From contig JAFQEK010000126.1 of assembly GCA_017399025.1 (NCBI GenBank), positions 3,197 through 67,196 of the forward strand: a stretch of DNA of 64,000 nucleotides. The letters run 5' to 3'. Below are positions 17,700 through 27,032 of this stretch, in pieces. The translations under genes were made by a program, and so were the position numbers. This DNA comes from Clostridia bacterium. Its GTDB lineage: Bacteria; Bacillota; Clostridia; Oscillospirales; CAG-272. Every line of letters starts with the position of its first letter. The stretch's first letter is position 1. The notes under the pieces are model-generated. The model searched no databases, was not told where the DNA came from, and saw nothing but the letters and a program-made list of their open reading frames with translations.

Positions 17700-18311
17700 A
17701 TGACCAAAATGTACCGTTTTTTTCAAATTCTTTTTAAGCCTTTTTATAAGCTCTTCTTCCGCGTTGAAATAGAGGGTTTGGAAAACGAAATGAAGGAGGG
17801 CGCTTGCATTATCTGCGCCAACCATATCAGTATGCATGATATTTTCTTCATCGGAACACACCTGAAACGTCAGATTTATTTCTTTGCAAAAAAAGAACTT
17901 TTCAAAAATCCGATCCTCGGAAAAATTCTCCGTTCCTTCGGTACAATTCCCGTCAACCGCGGTGCAGGCGACCTGAAAGCCATCAAATCCACCATCGAGG
18001 TTCTGGAAAAAGGAAGCTACGTCGGTATTTTTCCGCAGGGTACACGTATTCCTGATAAAGAGCCTTCTGTTGACGATGCCAAAGCGGGTATCGGTCTTTT
18101 CGCTTACCGCACCAAATGCAGCATTCTGCCTATACATATCAAAACAAAAAATTACCGTGTCCGTTTATTCCGTAAAGTAAAAGTCATCATCGGCAAACCG
18201 ATTCCGTATGAAGAACTCGGATTCGAAAAAGGAAACATGGCAGAATACAATACCGCTGCCAAGATGATTTTTGAACGCATTTGCGAACTCGGAAAAGAGG
18301 AACAGAAATAA
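17700..18311 (+). CDS. plsC: 1-acyl-sn-glycerol-3-phosphate acyltransferase.
   Basis: The ORF has ANHISMHD (HX4D) and FPQGTR motifs and is 203 aa. Confidence 0.88.
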   Translation: MTKMYRFFQILFKPFYKLFFRVEIEGLENEMKEGACIICANHISMHDIFFIGTHLKRQIYFFAKKELFKNPILGKILRSFGTIPVNRGAGDLKAIKSTIEVLEKGSYVGIFPQGTRIPDKEPSVDDAKAGIGLFAYRTKCSILPIHIKTKNYRVRLFRKVKVIIGKPIPYEELGFEKGNMAEYNTAAKMIFERICELGKEEQK

Positions 18312-20285
18312 ATGGAAATCATCAGAGCCAAATATGCAGGCTTTTGCTTTGGTGTCAAGCGCGCCGTTGATGCCGTTTTTGACTTATCCAAAGAAAAGCC
18401 CGATGCACATATCTATACCGTAGGGGAGCTGATTCACAATCCCAATGTCAATGCCAAACTGAAAGAAAACGGCATTGATATACTCAGAGAAAACAATCCG
18501 CAAGAATTGCAAAACGCCGATCCGCAATCGGTCTTCGTTGTCCGTACCCACGGAGTCCCCTGCCACACACTGGATTCACTGCGCGCATTCGTTCAAAAAA
18601 ATCCGAAATCTGAAATTGCAGACATGACCTGCCCTTTCGTTGCTAAAATCTACAAAATCATGGAAGAAAATACCTCCGATGATACTTTTACAATTTTAAT
18701 CGGCACCGCCACACATCCCGAGGTTGTGGGCATTGCGAGCTATATCCGTGGAAAATTTCGTATTTTTTCGGATTTTTCTGAATTGGAAGAAGCCTTCAAA
18801 AGCAATTTTGCACAAGACATTGGTGCAAAATCAATCATTTTGGCTTCTCAAACAACTCATAATTTGGAAGATTATCAAAATTGTAAAAAATTTCTCAAAA
18901 AACTATATACAAACGCTTTATTTTTTGATACAATATGTAATGTTACGGAAACGCGCCAAAAGGAAATTGAGAAGCTTTCCCGCGAATGCGATGCCATGCT
19001 TATCATCGGCGGACGTGAAAGCTCCAATACAAAAAAGCTCTACGACATCAGCAGAGCAAACTGTCCCGAAACCCATTTTATCGAGACCGCACGCGATATC
19101 CCGTTTCATATTACACAGATGACCGGCAAAGTCGGCATCGCTGCCGGAGCTTCCACGCCCGGCTACATAATTGAGGAGGTACAAAACACCATGAGCGAAC
19201 AAGAAAATTTCGCACAACTGCTTGAGGAATCTTTCAAAACTTTAAATACAGGAGACACCGTTCGAGGCATCGTAACATCGGTAACCAACACCGAAGTACA
19301 CGTAGACATCGGTTCCAAGGTAACCGGCGTTCTGACCATTGAAAACGTTACCGACGATCCGCAAGCTAAACTCGAAACCCTTTTCAAGGTTGGCGACGAA
19401 GTAGAAGCTGTTGCTGTTCGCGTAAGCGACCTTGACGGCATTGCAACCCTTTCCAAAAAGAAAGTTGATGCACACAACAACTGGGCCAAAATCGTTGAAG
19501 CAAAGGAAAACGATGAAATCCTCGAAGGCAAGATCACAGAAGCTGTTAAGGGCGGCGTTATCGCATACGCACTTTCTCAGAAGATCTTCATTCCCGCATC
19601 CCAGACCAATGTTCCCAAGAACGGCGAACTGCAGAGCATTGTAGGCACAAAGCAGAGATTCAAAATCATTGAAATCAAAGAAGACAGAAGACGTGCAATC
19701 GGCTCCATCCGCGTTGTTCTCAGAGAAGAAAGAAAAGCACTTCTTGAAAACTTCTGGGCAAACATCGAAGTAGGTAAGCACTACACCGGTAAGGTTAAGA
19801 GTCTCACTTCCTACGGCGCATTCGTTGACCTCGGCGGCGTTGACGGCATGGTTCACACCACCGAACTCTCCTGGCTGCGCATTTCCTCTCCTAAGGATGT
19901 TGTTTCCATCGGTGATACTCTTGAAGTATTCGTTAAGGATTTCGACCGTGAAAAGAACAGAATCTCTCTCGGCTACAAGACCGAAGACACCAACCCTTGG
20001 AAGCTCTTCACCGATAAATACTCCATCGGCGACGTTGCGCCCGTTACCATCGTTTCCATGATGCCTTTCGGCGCATTCGCACAGATCATCCCCGGCGTTG
20101 ACGGTCTCATTCACATCACCCAGATCGCTAACAAGAGAATCGCTGCTCCTGCAGAAGTTCTTACTCTCGGTCAGGTTGTTGATGCAAAGATCATCGACAT
20201 TGACACAGAAAAGCACAAAGTAAGCCTCTCCATCCGCGCACTCATTGAAGCTGCTGCTGAAGAAGCTACCGAAGCTGCTGAATAA
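18312..20285 (+). CDS. ispH: Fused 4-hydroxy-3-methylbut-2-enyl diphosphate reductase (IspH) and ribosomal protein S1 repeats.
   Basis: The ORF is 657 aa. The N-terminal ~285 aa are LytB/IspH-like (GFCFGVKRAVD, SSNT). The C-terminal part has four S1 OB-fold repeats (for example YTGKVKSLTSYGAFVDLGGVDGMVHTTE). Confidence 0.9.
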   Translation: MEIIRAKYAGFCFGVKRAVDAVFDLSKEKPDAHIYTVGELIHNPNVNAKLKENGIDILRENNPQELQNADPQSVFVVRTHGVPCHTLDSLRAFVQKNPKSEIADMTCPFVAKIYKIMEENTSDDTFTILIGTATHPEVVGIASYIRGKFRIFSDFSELEEAFKSNFAQDIGAKSIILASQTTHNLEDYQNCKKFLKKLYTNALFFDTICNVTETRQKEIEKLSRECDAMLIIGGRESSNTKKLYDISRANCPETHFIETARDIPFHITQMTGKVGIAAGASTPGYIIEEVQNTMSEQENFAQLLEESFKTLNTGDTVRGIVTSVTNTEVHVDIGSKVTGVLTIENVTDDPQAKLETLFKVGDEVEAVAVRVSDLDGIATLSKKKVDAHNNWAKIVEAKENDEILEGKITEAVKGGVIAYALSQKIFIPASQTNVPKNGELQSIVGTKQRFKIIEIKEDRRRAIGSIRVVLREERKALLENFWANIEVGKHYTGKVKSLTSYGAFVDLGGVDGMVHTTELSWLRISSPKDVVSIGDTLEVFVKDFDREKNRISLGYKTEDTNPWKLFTDKYSIGDVAPVTIVSMMPFGAFAQIIPGVDGLIHITQIANKRIAAPAEVLTLGQVVDAKIIDIDTEKHKVSLSIRALIEAAAEEATEAAE

Positions 20286-20316
20286 TTTCAAGCAGATCAA
20301 TAAAAATTTTGCTTTT

Positions 20317-20350
20317 ATCTCCTCCTGCCTTAGACAGGGGGAGATTTTCA
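20317..20350 (+). terminator. Intrinsic terminator after ispH/rpsA.
   Basis: ATCTCCTCCTG-CCTTAGA-CAGGGGGAGAT forms an 11-bp stem with one G-U pair, followed by TTTTCATTTT. Confidence 0.7.
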
Positions 20351-20450
20351 TTTTGAAATGACTTGAAAAAATTTCTCCCGCACAATGCCGGAAATCGGAC
20401 ACCGCACAGGAGAATGTATTTACGGCTATGTTGATTTTTACGATTTCGGA

Positions 20451-22592
20451 TTACAAAATGGAAGTGGATTCCACGGTAAGTTCCATCGATTGCAGAGAAT
20501 TCAGATTTCCGCCGATCATGATGTCAAAAACGCCCGCTTCCAGAACTGTTTTCCCCTGCGCATCGATCAGCGCAAGCCCATTCACTTCAAGAGGAATTTC
20601 CACACGAACGGTTTCTCCCGCTTTGATCCATACCTTGGAAAAACCGCAAAGCTGTTTTTCCGGTGTCAGAACGGAACTGTAACGGTCGTTATAATAAAGC
20701 TGAACCGTCTCATATCCGTCTGTATCTCCCGTATTGGTAACATCTGCGGAAACGGTCAGCACATCGCCCGCATTTGCCGTATCGGAAGAAATTACAGGAT
20801 TGGCATAGGCGAATGAGGTAAAGGAAAGTCCGTAACCGAAATCATAAAGATTTCCTGCTTCCACATCCATATATTTTCCGCCGTGCCAACCTGCATACTG
20901 ATTATAATAACAAGGAGTCTGCGCAGAAGAGCGAGGGAAAGAAATAGGAAGTTTTCCCGAAGGATTGAAATTACCTGCGATCAATTCCGCTGCGCAAAGA
21001 CCGCCGAGATCACCCCCGTTAAAGGTTTCAATAACCGCATTGCTGTTTTTCACAGCTTCTCCGATACAAAGAGGTTTTCCGTTGACAAGCACTGTAATCA
21101 CGGGTTTGCCCGTTTTCTTCAAAAGATACATCAGTTCGTTCTGTCTGCCTGAAAGTTCCAGATTTGCGCGGTCTCTTCCTTCTCCATTTTGTTTGAGACA
21201 GTCTCCGATTACTGCAATTATGATATCCGCGCTCTCGGCAAGCGCAACCGCCTCCTCCAGCATGGCATCACTCGTTTCATCCATGATATGACAGCCTTTT
21301 GCATAAACCACTTCGCTGTCCGAAAAAACGGTTTTCACACCGCGCAAAATCGTATAATAATCACTCAGCGGCTTACAATCTTCAGGCGCGGCATCGGGGT
21401 GAGAGAAGAATGTCCAATCGCCGTACTGCGCGCGGATATCGTCCGCATTTGGTCCGATCACGGCAATTCTGTGCGGTTTTGTCTTCAAAGGCAGAATTCC
21501 GTCATTTTCCAGAAGAACAAGACTTTCTCTTGTCAGCTTATGGTTGACCGCAATATGCTCAGCAGAACCGATCACGTTGCGAGACAAGCGTTTTTTATCG
21601 GGATCAAAGAGTCCGAGAGAGAATTTCACACGCAAAATACGCCGAACCGCTTCGTCAACAACCTCCATGGAAAGCTTGCCCTCTTTTACCTGCTGAATGG
21701 CGGAATCGTAAAAACGGTAGGTATTCATGCTCATGTCGTTTCCCGCTTCCACGGCAAGACGTACGCCGTCATGGAAGCTTTCCACCGCTTTTTGGTTGGT
21801 ACGCAGGGATTGGATATTATACCAATCCGTTACCACAAATCCTTCGAATCCCAGCTCTTCTTTTAGAATATCGCGCAAAAGCTCTTTATGTAAGGTCATG
21901 GGCACGCCCGAAATGGAGCCATACGCAGTCATCACACTCGATGCGCCCGCTTGCACGGCACGGCGGAATACAGGCAAAAAGGTTTCTCTGACCTTACGGA
22001 TCGAAACCTCCGTATCATAAGAATCCCTTCCGCCCGTCGCTTCTCCGTAACCGATATAATGCTTCAGACAAGCTGCCACGAGACCGTCCTCTTCATACCC
22101 TTTTGTAATTGCCTTTCCCAATGTTCCTGCCAGATAAGGATCTTCTCCGAACGTTTCATCCACTCTGCCCCAACGGGTATCTCTGCCCAGACACAAAACG
22201 GGAGAAAAAACCCAATCCAATCCATCCGCATTCACTTCTCTTGCCGCAACTCTTCCCATTTCCTCGACAAGAGTCGGATTCCACGCGCAGGCGACCGCAA
22301 GCTGAGAGGGAAAAATGACCGCTCCGTTGCAAAGCGAATGCCCGTGTATGGCATCGATGCCGAAGATCGGCGGAATTTTCATGCGTGTCTGCTTCGCCTG
22401 TTCCCGAATACGGTCGGCTTCCTCACCCAACACATGCAAAAAAGAGCCTGCTCCCAATGCGCGGAAGCGCTCAAATACCTCCGGACGGTAACTTTCATAA
22501 CTGATCTGCTGCATTTGTCCGATTTTTTCTTCCACCGTCATTTCGGAAAGCATTTCCGTAATTCTTTTTTCTGTTTCCTGAGATACTTTCAT
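20451..22592 (-). CDS. Glycoside hydrolase family 3 beta-glucosidase (BglX-like).
   Basis: The ORF is 713 aa. It has GIDAIHGH, GFEGFVVTDW (the nucleophile Asp context) and a C-terminal Fn3-like domain. There is no signal peptide. Confidence 0.88.
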   Translation of the reverse strand: MKVSQETEKRITEMLSEMTVEEKIGQMQQISYESYRPEVFERFRALGAGSFLHVLGEEADRIREQAKQTRMKIPPIFGIDAIHGHSLCNGAVIFPSQLAVACAWNPTLVEEMGRVAAREVNADGLDWVFSPVLCLGRDTRWGRVDETFGEDPYLAGTLGKAITKGYEEDGLVAACLKHYIGYGEATGGRDSYDTEVSIRKVRETFLPVFRRAVQAGASSVMTAYGSISGVPMTLHKELLRDILKEELGFEGFVVTDWYNIQSLRTNQKAVESFHDGVRLAVEAGNDMSMNTYRFYDSAIQQVKEGKLSMEVVDEAVRRILRVKFSLGLFDPDKKRLSRNVIGSAEHIAVNHKLTRESLVLLENDGILPLKTKPHRIAVIGPNADDIRAQYGDWTFFSHPDAAPEDCKPLSDYYTILRGVKTVFSDSEVVYAKGCHIMDETSDAMLEEAVALAESADIIIAVIGDCLKQNGEGRDRANLELSGRQNELMYLLKKTGKPVITVLVNGKPLCIGEAVKNSNAVIETFNGGDLGGLCAAELIAGNFNPSGKLPISFPRSSAQTPCYYNQYAGWHGGKYMDVEAGNLYDFGYGLSFTSFAYANPVISSDTANAGDVLTVSADVTNTGDTDGYETVQLYYNDRYSSVLTPEKQLCGFSKVWIKAGETVRVEIPLEVNGLALIDAQGKTVLEAGVFDIMIGGNLNSLQSMELTVESTSIL

Positions 22593-22768
22593 TTTACTAT
22601 TTCCTTTCTTACGGAAGATATGATTGTATTCTTATATTATCATAAAATCTGCCCTTTTGCAACCGTATTTTTCCCGGAACTCCCCGATCTGCCAAAATCC
22701 CCGTCTGTTTTTGCAAAATCTTTTTATTTCCTATTTCCGCTCGTCTGTTTGCTTTTGCGCAATACCTC

Positions 22769-23008
22769 TGTGGAAAACCTCTTTTTTCGTTCCCATAAAG
22801 ACCGTTTTTACAAATTTTTCCCCACAGATCAAGCAGACTTTTCCACATTTCCATTCTGAAAAATCCTCTGTTTTTTTAGGCAAAAAGTCTTGCATTTTCA
22901 ATATATATCCTTTATAATAAATATGTTATCAACGGGAATACAAAGAAAATCTTGAGTTTTCCACAGTTTCCACGAGGTTTTCCACACCCTCGTCCGCATA
23001 TTTCCACA
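22769..23008. promoter_or_regulatory. Cluster of seven DnaA-box-like 9-mers upstream of rsmH.
   Basis: The sites are TGTGGAAAA (22769-22777, reverse orientation), TTCCCCACA (22818-22826), TTTTCCACA (22839-22847, 22957-22965 and 22978-22986), GTTTCCACG (22966-22974) and ATTTCCACA (23000-23008). The consensus is TTATCCACA. Confidence 0.45.
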
Positions 23009-23081
23009 ATTCCAATCGGATTTTCCTCATTGACTTCTGCTTTCCCGCATCAAAACCTCAAAAAGAAAGAATCTGAATTTT

Positions 23082-24032
23082 ATGGAACATACTTTTTCAC
23101 ATATATCCGTCCTGCTTCACGAATGTATTGAAGCCCTGAATATCAATCCCAACGGGATCTATGTCGATTGTACCCTTGGAGGCGGAGGCCATTCTCTTGA
23201 AATCGCCAAACGCCTGGAAAACGGTAAACTGATCTGCATCGACCAGGATGCCGCCGCTATCGAAGCGGCAAGCAAAAGACTTGCGGATTATAAAGATAAA
23301 ATTATCTTTGTAAAAAACAACTTTTCCGCTTTCTCCGAAATTTTAGCCGAGCTCGGCATTGAAAAAATAGACGGCGCGCTTCTGGATCTCGGCGTTTCTT
23401 CCTATCAACTCGATACCCCCGAACGCGGATTTTCCTATAATACCGAAGCACCTCTGGACATGCGTATGAACGAAACAGCCGCGTTTTCCGCATACGATGT
23501 TGTCAATACCTATTCCGAAGCAGAGCTTCGCCGTATCATCAGTATATACGGCGAGGACAACAATGCTTCCCGTATCGCTTCCGCCATTGTAAAAGCACGT
23601 GCGGAAAAAAACATCAAAACCACCACGGAGTTGGTAGACATCATCAAAAGCGTAACGCCGAAAAAATTGCTCGCGGTCGGACACCATCCCGCAAAAAAGA
23701 CTTTCCAGGCAATCCGCATTGAGGTCAACTCGGAAATCTCCATCATTGAGCCGACTCTGAAATCCATCGCTTATCATTTGAATCCGAACGGAAGAATCGC
23801 GGTCATTACTTTCCACTCTCTGGAAGACCGCGCCGCAAAGCACACCTTCGCTTCCCTTGCGACGGGTTGTACCTGTCCTCCCTCGTATCCCGTCTGTGTT
23901 TGCGGAAAAAAACCGATCGTTACGCTTATCAATAAAAAACCGATTCTTCCGAGCGAAGAAGAATTGCAAAACAATCACCGTTCCCACAGCGCCAAGCTCC
24001 GCATCGTTCAAAAAAACGATGACATTTTCTGA
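23082..24032 (+). CDS. rsmH: 16S rRNA (cytosine1402-N4)-methyltransferase.
   Basis: The ORF is 316 aa. It carries [18 protein letters not shown] and HSLEDR motifs and is the first gene of the dcw cluster. Confidence 0.93.
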   Translation: MEHTFSHISVLLHECIEALNINPNGIYVDCTLGGGGHSLEIAKRLENGKLICIDQDAAAIEAASKRLADYKDKIIFVKNNFSAFSEILAELGIEKIDGALLDLGVSSYQLDTPERGFSYNTEAPLDMRMNETAAFSAYDVVNTYSEAELRRIISIYGEDNNASRIASAIVKARAEKNIKTTTELVDIIKSVTPKKLLAVGHHPAKKTFQAIRIEVNSEISIIEPTLKSIAYHLNPNGRIAVITFHSLEDRAAKHTFASLATGCTCPPSYPVCVCGKKPIVTLINKKPILPSEEELQNNHRSHSAKLRIVQKNDDIF

Positions 24033-24047
24033 AAGGATTTTTCCGTC

Positions 24048-24473
24048 ATGAAGCAAAAATTGAAAATCTTCTTTTTGGACATTTTCTTCGGCGGCAGAGA
24101 ATATAAAACAAAAGCCATTACCGGAAAAACGCCCTTCCCTTTCATAACGGTTCTCCTCACAGCTGTCTCCACGGTATTGATTCTCTGTACAATCTTTTCC
24201 CTGATTCGCATATCGGAGCTTTCCTCAGAGATTACATCCATGAAAAAACAAACCGTGTCTCTTTCAGCGAAAAAAGCATCTCTGGAAAACGAACTGGATC
24301 ACCGATATTCGTACAACGAAATCATTGATTCCGTAAAAGAGCTCGGCTTTTCACCCGACGGCGGCAGAATTGTTTACATTGATACCAAAGAAAAAGACGA
24401 ATCCGAAGAGCAGGATTCCGCCGAAGATGAAGATTCCGATGAAAACGAAAATTTGGAAGAATATCCATCATAA
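24048..24473 (+). CDS. ftsL: FtsL-like cell-division protein (TM plus coiled coil, acidic tail).
   Basis: The ORF is 141 aa with a single TM (FPFITVLLTAVSTVLILCTIFSLI) followed by heptad-like sequence. It sits between rsmH and the PBP gene. Confidence 0.65.
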   Translation: MKQKLKIFFLDIFFGGREYKTKAITGKTPFPFITVLLTAVSTVLILCTIFSLIRISELSSEITSMKKQTVSLSAKKASLENELDHRYSYNEIIDSVKELGFSPDGGRIVYIDTKEKDESEEQDSAEDEDSDENENLEEYPS

Positions 24474-24631
24474 ATTTCAAGAAACAAAATATACATACTA
24501 TACCGGCATGAAACAGAGAGAGGACTTTATCGAAAAAACGGTACGCCTCTCTTTATCTTGTTTTTCTGCGTTTTTTCCTCATGTTTTTTCATAAACAAAT
24601 CGGTTCATGCGGTTGAAAGGAATCATAAAAT

Positions 24632-26941
24632 ATGTCAAATTCTCGCAAAACCGACCCAGGAAAGCCCGCCTCCATTCTCGGCAGACAGCCCTCCGAAATG
24701 AAATTGCGCGCGCTTATCGTATTCGCTGTTTGTTCCGTCCTGACACTCGTTGTCATCGGCAGACTCTTTTATCTGCAAATCATCCACCATACCTATTATA
24801 AAAAACTTGTTTTGGAGCAAATGCTCTACGAAACAGAAATTTCAGCCTATCGAGGTGCCATCACCGACAGAAACGGCGTTACACTTGCTGCCAACTATAC
24901 AACAGAACGTGTCTTCATCGATCCCTCCAATATCGCAAAAGCAGATGATCCCGAAGCGGTACGCGAAATGATTTCCGAAAAGCTTTCCGAAATTCTGGAA
25001 CTGGAATACGACTTCGTTTACGGAGAAACCAAAAAATCCAAATACAGGGATCGCACCATCAAGAAAAATGTGGAAAAGGAAGTTACCAATCGGATTCGCG
25101 AATTCATCGTGGAAAACAAAGATCTGAAGCTTTCCGAAAAATATGAAAAGCTGAAGCTTTCTGACATGATCTATTTTGCGGAGTCCACAACCCGTGTGTA
25201 TCCTTTCGGTACGTTGGCTTCCCACGTTATCGGCTTTTGCGGTAATGACGGCGGTCTTTACGGCTTGGAATACCAATATAACAAAATGCTTTCGGGTACA
25301 TCCGGAAAAATCATGAGTGCAAAAGACGGAAACAATGGCTCCATGCCCTATAACTATGAAACCTACGTGGATGCCGAAAACGGCGCCAATCTCGTCACAA
25401 CGCTGGATTATAAAATTCAAAGCTATCTGGAAAAATATCTGGAGGAAGCCGCTGTGGAATCCGGATGTGTATCCCGCGCCTGCGGTATGGTCATGAACGT
25501 GAAAACAGGCGAAATTTATGCCATGGCAACTTATCCTTACTTTGACCTCAACAGTCCAAGTACCCTGCCCTCCTATTATGACGAAGCTCTTGCCGATTAT
25601 GCGGAACGTTACGGATCGGATACTACGCAATATTTGTCATACAAAACCAATCTTCTGTTCTCCACATGGAATAACAAATGTCTGACGGATACCTATGAAC
25701 CGGGTTCCACATCTAAAATTTTTACAACTTCCATGGCGCTGGAAGAAAATCTTGCTTCTTTGAAGGATACCTTTATTTGTACGGGGGGATATCTCGTCAG
25801 CGGTTGGTCAAAACCCATCCATTGCCATAAAACGACAGGCCACGGAGTTTTGGATTTTGCGGGCGCACTGCAACAGTCCTGCAACCCCGCTATGATGCAG
25901 CTTGCCGAACGTATAGGTATCAAAACCTACGGCGAATATTTCAAGGCGTTTGGTCTTGACAGCAAAACGGGCATTGATCTTCCCGGTGAAGCAGGTTCCA
26001 TTTACACTCCTGCTGAGAACATGTCCAATGTTGACCTTGCGGTTTACTCGTTCGGTCAGCGTTATAACGTAACCGCCGTTCAACAGATCGCGGCAGTTGC
26101 CGCAGTTGCAAACGGCGGAACCATGGTTGTTCCTCATGTCGTGAAAGAAATCACGGATAACGACGGAAATATTCTCGCATCCTTCGGCACCACGGCAGTC
26201 CGTCAGGTTATCAGTGAAGAAACCGCTGCCACCATTTCCAAAATTCTGGCAGATGGCGTATCGGGTGATGGCGGCGCCAAAAACGCCTATGTTCAGGGTT
26301 ATTCCGTTGCCGCCAAAACAGGTACTTCAGAAAAAGGTACGAAAGGCGCTCGCATTGCTTCCACAGTTGCTTATGCGCCTGCAGACGATCCCGAAGTGAT
26401 TTGCATTGTCATCGTGGATGAACCCACCATCGGCTCCCGTTACGGAAGCACGGTAGCTGCTCCTTATGTTTCCAAAATTCTTGCCGATGTACTTCCTTAT
26501 CTCGGTATTGAACCGGAATACACCGATGAAGAACTCGCAAAGCTTGAAATCAATCTTCCCAACTATCGCGGTCTTTCCTTGGACGAAGCAATTATGCGGC
26601 TGAGTGAAGCCGGTCTTTCCTGTGAAGTCGTTGGTACGGGAAACAGCATTATCAATCAGATTCCTCCTGCAAAAAGTACGATTTCCAAGGATAACGGACG
26701 CGTGATCCTGTATACAAGCGAGACGGCAGAGGAAATTAACGCCACCGTTCCCGATGTCATCGGCCTGACGGCGGCACAAGCAAACAAAGCATTGGCAGAT
26801 GCCGGATTCAATATTCATCTGGAAGGCGCATTGAACGGTTCGGGTGCAGTTGTTATGTCCCAATCGCTTCCCAAAGGAACCATTGCCGCCAAAGGAACCG
26901 TCATTACCGTGGATATCCGACATACCAATTTCACGGACTGA
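24632..26941 (+). CDS. Class B penicillin-binding protein (PBP2B/SpoVD/FtsI type) with two C-terminal PASTA domains.
   Basis: The ORF is 769 aa with an N-terminal TM. It carries STSK (SxxK), SCN (SxN) and KTGT motifs. Two PASTA-like repeats lie in the last ~130 aa. Confidence 0.92.
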   Translation: MSNSRKTDPGKPASILGRQPSEMKLRALIVFAVCSVLTLVVIGRLFYLQIIHHTYYKKLVLEQMLYETEISAYRGAITDRNGVTLAANYTTERVFIDPSNIAKADDPEAVREMISEKLSEILELEYDFVYGETKKSKYRDRTIKKNVEKEVTNRIREFIVENKDLKLSEKYEKLKLSDMIYFAESTTRVYPFGTLASHVIGFCGNDGGLYGLEYQYNKMLSGTSGKIMSAKDGNNGSMPYNYETYVDAENGANLVTTLDYKIQSYLEKYLEEAAVESGCVSRACGMVMNVKTGEIYAMATYPYFDLNSPSTLPSYYDEALADYAERYGSDTTQYLSYKTNLLFSTWNNKCLTDTYEPGSTSKIFTTSMALEENLASLKDTFICTGGYLVSGWSKPIHCHKTTGHGVLDFAGALQQSCNPAMMQLAERIGIKTYGEYFKAFGLDSKTGIDLPGEAGSIYTPAENMSNVDLAVYSFGQRYNVTAVQQIAAVAAVANGGTMVVPHVVKEITDNDGNILASFGTTAVRQVISEETAATISKILADGVSGDGGAKNAYVQGYSVAAKTGTSEKGTKGARIASTVAYAPADDPEVICIVIVDEPTIGSRYGSTVAAPYVSKILADVLPYLGIEPEYTDEELAKLEINLPNYRGLSLDEAIMRLSEAGLSCEVVGTGNSIINQIPPAKSTISKDNGRVILYTSETAEEINATVPDVIGLTAAQANKALADAGFNIHLEGALNGSGAVVMSQSLPKGTIAAKGTVITVDIRHTNFTD

Positions 26942-27032
26942 CACTTTTTACCGACTGCAAGGATTCAAAACCCAAGGATTGCAAAACTCCGGACGTGTAA
27001 AAGAAAATTTTTCTGATACCCTCGGAGGATTT

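Noticed and set aside
18312-20285. The IspH-S1 fusion as a possible novelty.
   Set aside because: This fusion, downstream of cmk and plsC, is a well-known arrangement in Clostridia-type Firmicutes and is not unusual.
19242-20402. A 386-aa minus-strand ORF.
   Set aside because: It is antisense to the S1-repeat part of ispH/rpsA. Its composition is low-complexity and Cys/Asn/Phe-rich, typical of shadow frames.
22593-23081. A possible mraZ gene or pseudogene upstream of rsmH.
   Set aside because: The ORFs in this spacer (97 aa on the plus strand, 81 aa on the minus strand) show no MraZ/SpoVT-AbrB-like sequence. The region is better described by the DnaA-box-like repeats.
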